A stretch of DNA of 64,000 nucleotides, taken from contig NC_043003.1 in the NCBI RefSeq assembly GCF_006345805.1, forward strand, positions 8,928,001 through 8,992,000. Direction: 5' to 3'. The notes under the pieces were generated by a model, which saw nothing but the letters and a program-made list of their open reading frames with translations, did not search any database and was not told where the DNA came from. Positions within the stretch are counted from its first letter, which is position 1, and the number at the start of each line of letters is the position of its first letter. Source of the DNA: Octopus sinensis (Eukaryota). This document shows, one piece after another, positions 59,740-64,000 of this stretch. Position numbers and translations under genes: made by a program.

Positions 59740-60055
59740 TTTTATTTGTTTCAGTCCCTGGACTGCGGCCATGCTGGGGATACCGAAGCAAAGGGTTTTA
59801 GTCAAACAAATGGACTGCAGAACCTATTCTGTCGGTGTCTATTTGCCAAATTGCTATGTTACAGAGATATAAACAAAGCAAGTTGTCAACCGATGTTAGA
59901 AAAACACATGCACACACACACACACACATGCACACACCAGTATATGTATACAACAGGCTTCAACACAGTTTCCGTCTATCAAATTCACTCACAAAGCATT
60001 GGTCAAGCAATGCTATAGTACAAAGTGCTGTATGGTGGGATTGAACCTGAAACCT
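59740..60055 (-). mobile_element. old SINE A (CpG-decayed)
   Basis: Diverged match. Confidence 0.7.
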
Positions 60056-60494
60056 GCTGTTTTATTCTATTGTTTCAATGTTTTTTGTTCTGGCTTTGTA
60101 CACCCCTGACTACATCATTCAATGTGTCCTTTATTCCTCTGATATGGTGGAGGGTGATTTTGATAGAGTCTTGGTTGCTATTTCCAGCGGGTCAAACACC
60201 CACACAAACAGTTCCCTTGTTGCTTGTCATTTTGTCTCTAATTCCACCCCCCACCCGGTTTGCTTGTCTATTGGTCATCACTGGGCAGTGGGAAGAGGAA
60301 AGAGAAAAGAAAGATGATGGAGAGGTTTTAAGTGGGAGGATCACTGATAATACTTCTCATTAAACATAATCTGATTTGTTTACGTCATAAGAATTTAGAA
60401 ACTTCAAGAGATATGAAATAATTCGTTTTTAACCATGGAACTCAAAAGGAGATAAGGGGCTTTTTTTTTGCAGCCTAATATTTATATGCTATTC

Positions 60495-60694
60495 TTTTTA
60501 CTTGTTTTAGTCATTCGACTGTGGCCATGCTGGAGCACCGCCTTTAGTCGAGCAAATCAACCCCAGGACTTATTCTTTGGAAGCCTAGTACTTATTCTAT
60601 CGGTCTCTTTTGCCAAACCGCTAACTTACAGGGACGTAAACATACCAGCATCGGTTGTCAAGTGATGTTGGGGGAACAAACATAGACATACAAA

Positions 60695-60740
<46 letters not shown>

Positions 60741-60950
60741 TACATATATATATATACGACGGACTTCTTTCAGTTTCCGTCTACCAAATCCACTCACAAG
60801 GCTTTGGTCGGCCCGAGGCTATAGTAGAAAACACTTGCCCAAGGTGCCATGCAGTGAGACTGAACCCGGAACCATGTGGTTGGTAAGTAAGCTACTTACC
60901 ACACAGCCACTCCTACGCCTATACTTACCACACAGCCACTCCTATGCCTA
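60495..60950 (-). mobile_element. SINE A with duplicated 5' head
   Basis: ACTTACCACACAGCCACTCCTA(C/T)GCCTAT occurs twice in tandem at ~60894-60951. Confidence 0.92.
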
Positions 60951-61316
60951 TATTTATAACTTTATCTACTTCCAGTTCCGCAACTGAAAACAAATAATCT
61001 AATTCATAAATAACCGAATTCCAACTCTGAAACTTTTATTTCTGCAATTTTAATTGTTCTTCTGTATTTTTAGCTCCATGATAATTTATCAGTCTCTTAG
61101 CATTAACAGGATGGGCTATTTCTGATGCCAATTTAGCATGTAGTCTACTACAATATCCATAACTTATACTGTGAAATGACCTGATCTGGTTTAAGATTAA
61201 GATTTAAGCTAGGGTTAGGGTTAGACTGTATACTAAAGTGTAACTGGTCAAGTAGACTGCACATTAAAGTAGCATGCTATTATGAATCACCAACCTAGAG
61301 AAGTGTCTTTGGTTAA

Positions 61317-61611
61317 CGCCGAGGTCGACTTTGCCTTTCATCCTTTTGGGGTCGATTAAATAAGTACCAGTTATGCACTGGGGTCGATATAATTGACTTA
61401 ATCCGTTTGTCCTTGTTTGTCCCCTCTGTGTTTAACCCCTTGTGGGTAGTAAAGAAATAGGTATTTTGTCTGCCGCTACGTTCTGAGTTCAAATTCCGCC
61501 TAGGTCGACTTTGCCTTTCATCCTTTCGGGGTCGATATAATTGACTTAATCCATTTGTCCTTGTTTGTCCTCTCTGTGTTTTGCCCCTTGTGGGTAGTAA
61601 AGAAATAGGTT
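61317..61611 (+). mobile_element. SINE B, 5'-truncated 2-unit concatemer
   Basis: Two units ending GTAGTAAAGAAATAGG. Confidence 0.9.
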
Positions 61612-61741
61612 AAATGTTTGTAGCAAGATTAAAAGAATACTTTGTACTGCTTTGAATATTGTAGCAGTGTGGTTAAGGACCCAGATTTTCATAACAGATG
61701 TGCAGAAAGGTGCTTATCTTTCATTCTTGTACCTAAATTTA

Positions 61742-61935
61742 AAAGGCAGTGAGCTGGCAGAATTAGCATGCCAGGCAAAATGTTTAGTAGCATTTCATTT
61801 GTCTTCACAGTCCAAGGGTCAAATTCTTCTTGGGGTTGATAAAATAAGTACCAGTTGAGCATTTGGGGTTGATGTAATGGACTGGCCCTTTCTCCTGAAG
61901 TTTCAGGCTGTGCACCTATTGTAGAGAGGATTATT
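61742..61935 (+). mobile_element. old SINE B (alternative tail)
   Basis: AAGGCAGTGAGCTGGCAGAATTAGC...TTTCAGGCTGTGCACCTA. Confidence 0.7.
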
Positions 61936-61966
61936 GTACCTAAAATGTTAAACTTTTGCTCCCATT

Positions 61967-62357
61967 AGGTGCAGGAGTGGCTGTGTGGTAAGTACCTTGC
62001 TTATCAACCACATGGTTCCAGGTTCAGTCTCACTGCACGGAACCTTGGGTAAGTGTCTTCTACTATAGCCACGAGCCAACCAAAGCTTTGTGAGTGGATT
62101 TGGTTGACAGAAACTGAAAGAAGCCAGTCGTAGTATATATATGTATGTGTGTGTATTTGTGTGTCTGTGTTTGTCCCTCCCCACCATCGGTTGACAACTG
62201 ATGTTGGTGTGTTTACATCCCCGTAACTTAGCGGTTTGGTAAAAGAGACCGATAGAATAATTACTAGGCTTACAAAGAATAAGTTCCGAGACGGATTTGT
62301 TTGACTAAAGATGGTGCTCCAGCATGGCAGCAGTCAAATGACTGAAACAAATAAAGG
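61967..62357 (+). mobile_element. SINE A
   Basis: Head to tail. Confidence 0.9.
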
Positions 62358-62387
62358 AAATAATTTCAGTACTGTTTCTTCTCTGTT

Positions 62388-62536
62388 CACGTATAACCAG
62401 TCAGAAGCTCTAAATAGGATCACGTTGGCGCCACCAATTTGTAGAGAACCATTCTTGTCACCTCACATCACATGGCTCTTTCCAAATTGGTGATCCTGAT
62501 GTGATCCTATTTAGAGCCTCTGATTAGTTATACGTG
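62388..62536. mobile_element. 149-bp MITE-like element with ~36-bp TIR
   Basis: CACGTATAAC(C/T)A(G/A)TCAGA(A/G)GCTCTAAATAGGATCAC at both ends. Inner CACCAATTTG / CAAATTGGTG. Confidence 0.8.
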
Positions 62537-63326
62537 GCGGGGGAAATCGAGTAGGAGACATTGTGCCAGTACCAACCAATCAGAGTAGTGGACACAACAA
62601 GATCCAAATAGCAGCCAAAGGCTAGCTGTTCCCTGCTACGTTTGAATGCACTTATATGTAATAAATGAGAGAGAGGAATTTCACCTGAGTCTATGGGTCC
62701 AGTGATACAAACTTTATATTCTAAAGTTGTCCGAATTGAAACCTTTCACAAAAATTTCATGTTAATTCATGATGATTTATGTTAATTTATGTTCCAGACA
62801 CCAGCTTAATCATTAGTTATTTCATGAAATTTTTCATTATTTTTTAAATTAATTGAAACAAAAGCAGTGTATTCCAACAGAAATATGCTAACAAAAGGGC
62901 TTAATTACTTACATTCGTCACCATTCTCTGATAACGAGTTTAATTATAGTAATTTACTATTTGTAGATGGCACTACTACCGGGTCCATGCTTTCTCTGAC
63001 TATCAGTTGTGAAGTTCTATAAATATTACCATTTTTCATTCATTTGTCAATTAAACTCCTTTAAGCATTTATTATTCACTAACCCCTTCACATCATGACC
63101 CCACAGTGTCATAGATGGAGTGTGTGCTGCCCAGGGAGAACCATTGACTTTGCTCCCCATTTTACAGGCTTATACATCAGACCCAAAAGTGATGCTCCCC
63201 ACACCATCCTATAAAAGTGTCCCCTGGAGCAGGTCACACTTCTTGCCTGTCTGCCCCCTGGCTACGTAACTGTGACCACAACAATCAATCACTTCAATAT
63301 TTAATATTTCATACTTTTAGCATTTC

Positions 63327-63750
63327 GAGTGTGATCGTTACCAGCGTCGCCTTACTGGCACTTGTGCCTGTGCTAGTAGGGTGCCAAGAGCACCATCCGA
63401 GCGTGATCATTGCCAGAGCAGCCAACTAGCTTCCATACTTGTGGCACGTAAAAGGGCACCATTCGAGCGTGATCGTTACCAACGTCGCTTCACTGGCATC
63501 TGTGCCGGTGGCACGTGTAAAAAGATTTGAGCGAGGTCATTGCCAGTACCGCCTGACTGGCCCCCATGCCGGTGGCACGTAAAAATCACCCGCTACACTG
63601 GTTGGCATTAGTAAGGGCATCCAGCTGTAGAAACTCTGCCAGATCAAGATTGGAGCCTGGTGCAGCCATCTGGTTTGCCAGCCCTCAGTCAAAATCATCC
63701 AACCCATGCTAGCATGGAAAGCAGACGTTAAACGATGATGATGATGATGT
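63327..63750 (+). mobile_element. family C with 3'UTR sub-repeats
   Basis: CGAGCGTGATC.TT.CCAG repeats followed by the C tail. Confidence 0.9.
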
Positions 63751-63884
63751 TGTGAGGGTTGGTGACAGGAAGTGCATCCAGCCATAGAAAATCATATATT
63801 CTTTTATCTTTTACCTTCTTACTTGTTCCAGTCATTAGCTTGCAGTCATGCTGGAGCATGACACTTTTTAAAGTTTTTAGTTGC

Positions 63885-64000
63885 AGGTGTGGCTGTGTGG
63901 TAAGTAGCTTGCTTACCAACCACATGGTTTTGGGTTCAGTCCCACTGTATGACACCTTGGGCAAGTGTCTTCAACTATTGCCTCAGGCCAACCAAAGCCT
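63885..64000 (+). mobile_element. SINE A 5' part (runs off window)
   Basis: GCAGGTGTGGCTGTGTGGTAAGTAGC...CCAACCAAAGCC. Confidence 0.9.

Noticed and set aside
61205-61228. TTAGGG repeats (also ~53457)
   Set aside because: Only 2-3 units, too short to call an interstitial telomere.

Overview
AT-rich, microsatellite-dense animal DNA. The repeat repertoire points to a coleoid cephalopod, most likely Octopus (inference from repeat recognition, no database search run). No recognisable host protein-coding gene was found. Nearly all long ORFs in the track are translations of (CA)n/(TA)n/(CTA)n tracts or of SINEs. The window is dominated by five retroposon families, given working labels here. A is a tRNA-headed SINE with an internal microsatellite (about 30 copies). 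B is a SINE that forms ~185-bp head-to-tail concatemers. C is the 3' tail of an RTE LINE. D and E are tRNA-headed SINEs with target-site duplications (TSDs). Also present are degenerate RTE ORF2 fragments, Helentron/HINE-like elements, piggyBac-, pogo- and CACTA-like MITEs and many foldback palindromes. Two signals go beyond routine repeat annotation. (1) A dispersed set of minimal type-I hammerhead-ribozyme-like motifs of the Penelope/retrozyme kind: a tandem pair 328 bp apart at 1.5/1.8 kb, one inside a TIR-flanked 165-bp element at 27.2 kb, and others in palindromes or short elements in TA tracts. (2) CpG decay in SINE copies is confined to ~15-42 kb and >58.7 kb. This suggests two methylated gene bodies, with candidate promoters/first exons at ~45.7 kb (minus) and ~58.6 kb (plus).
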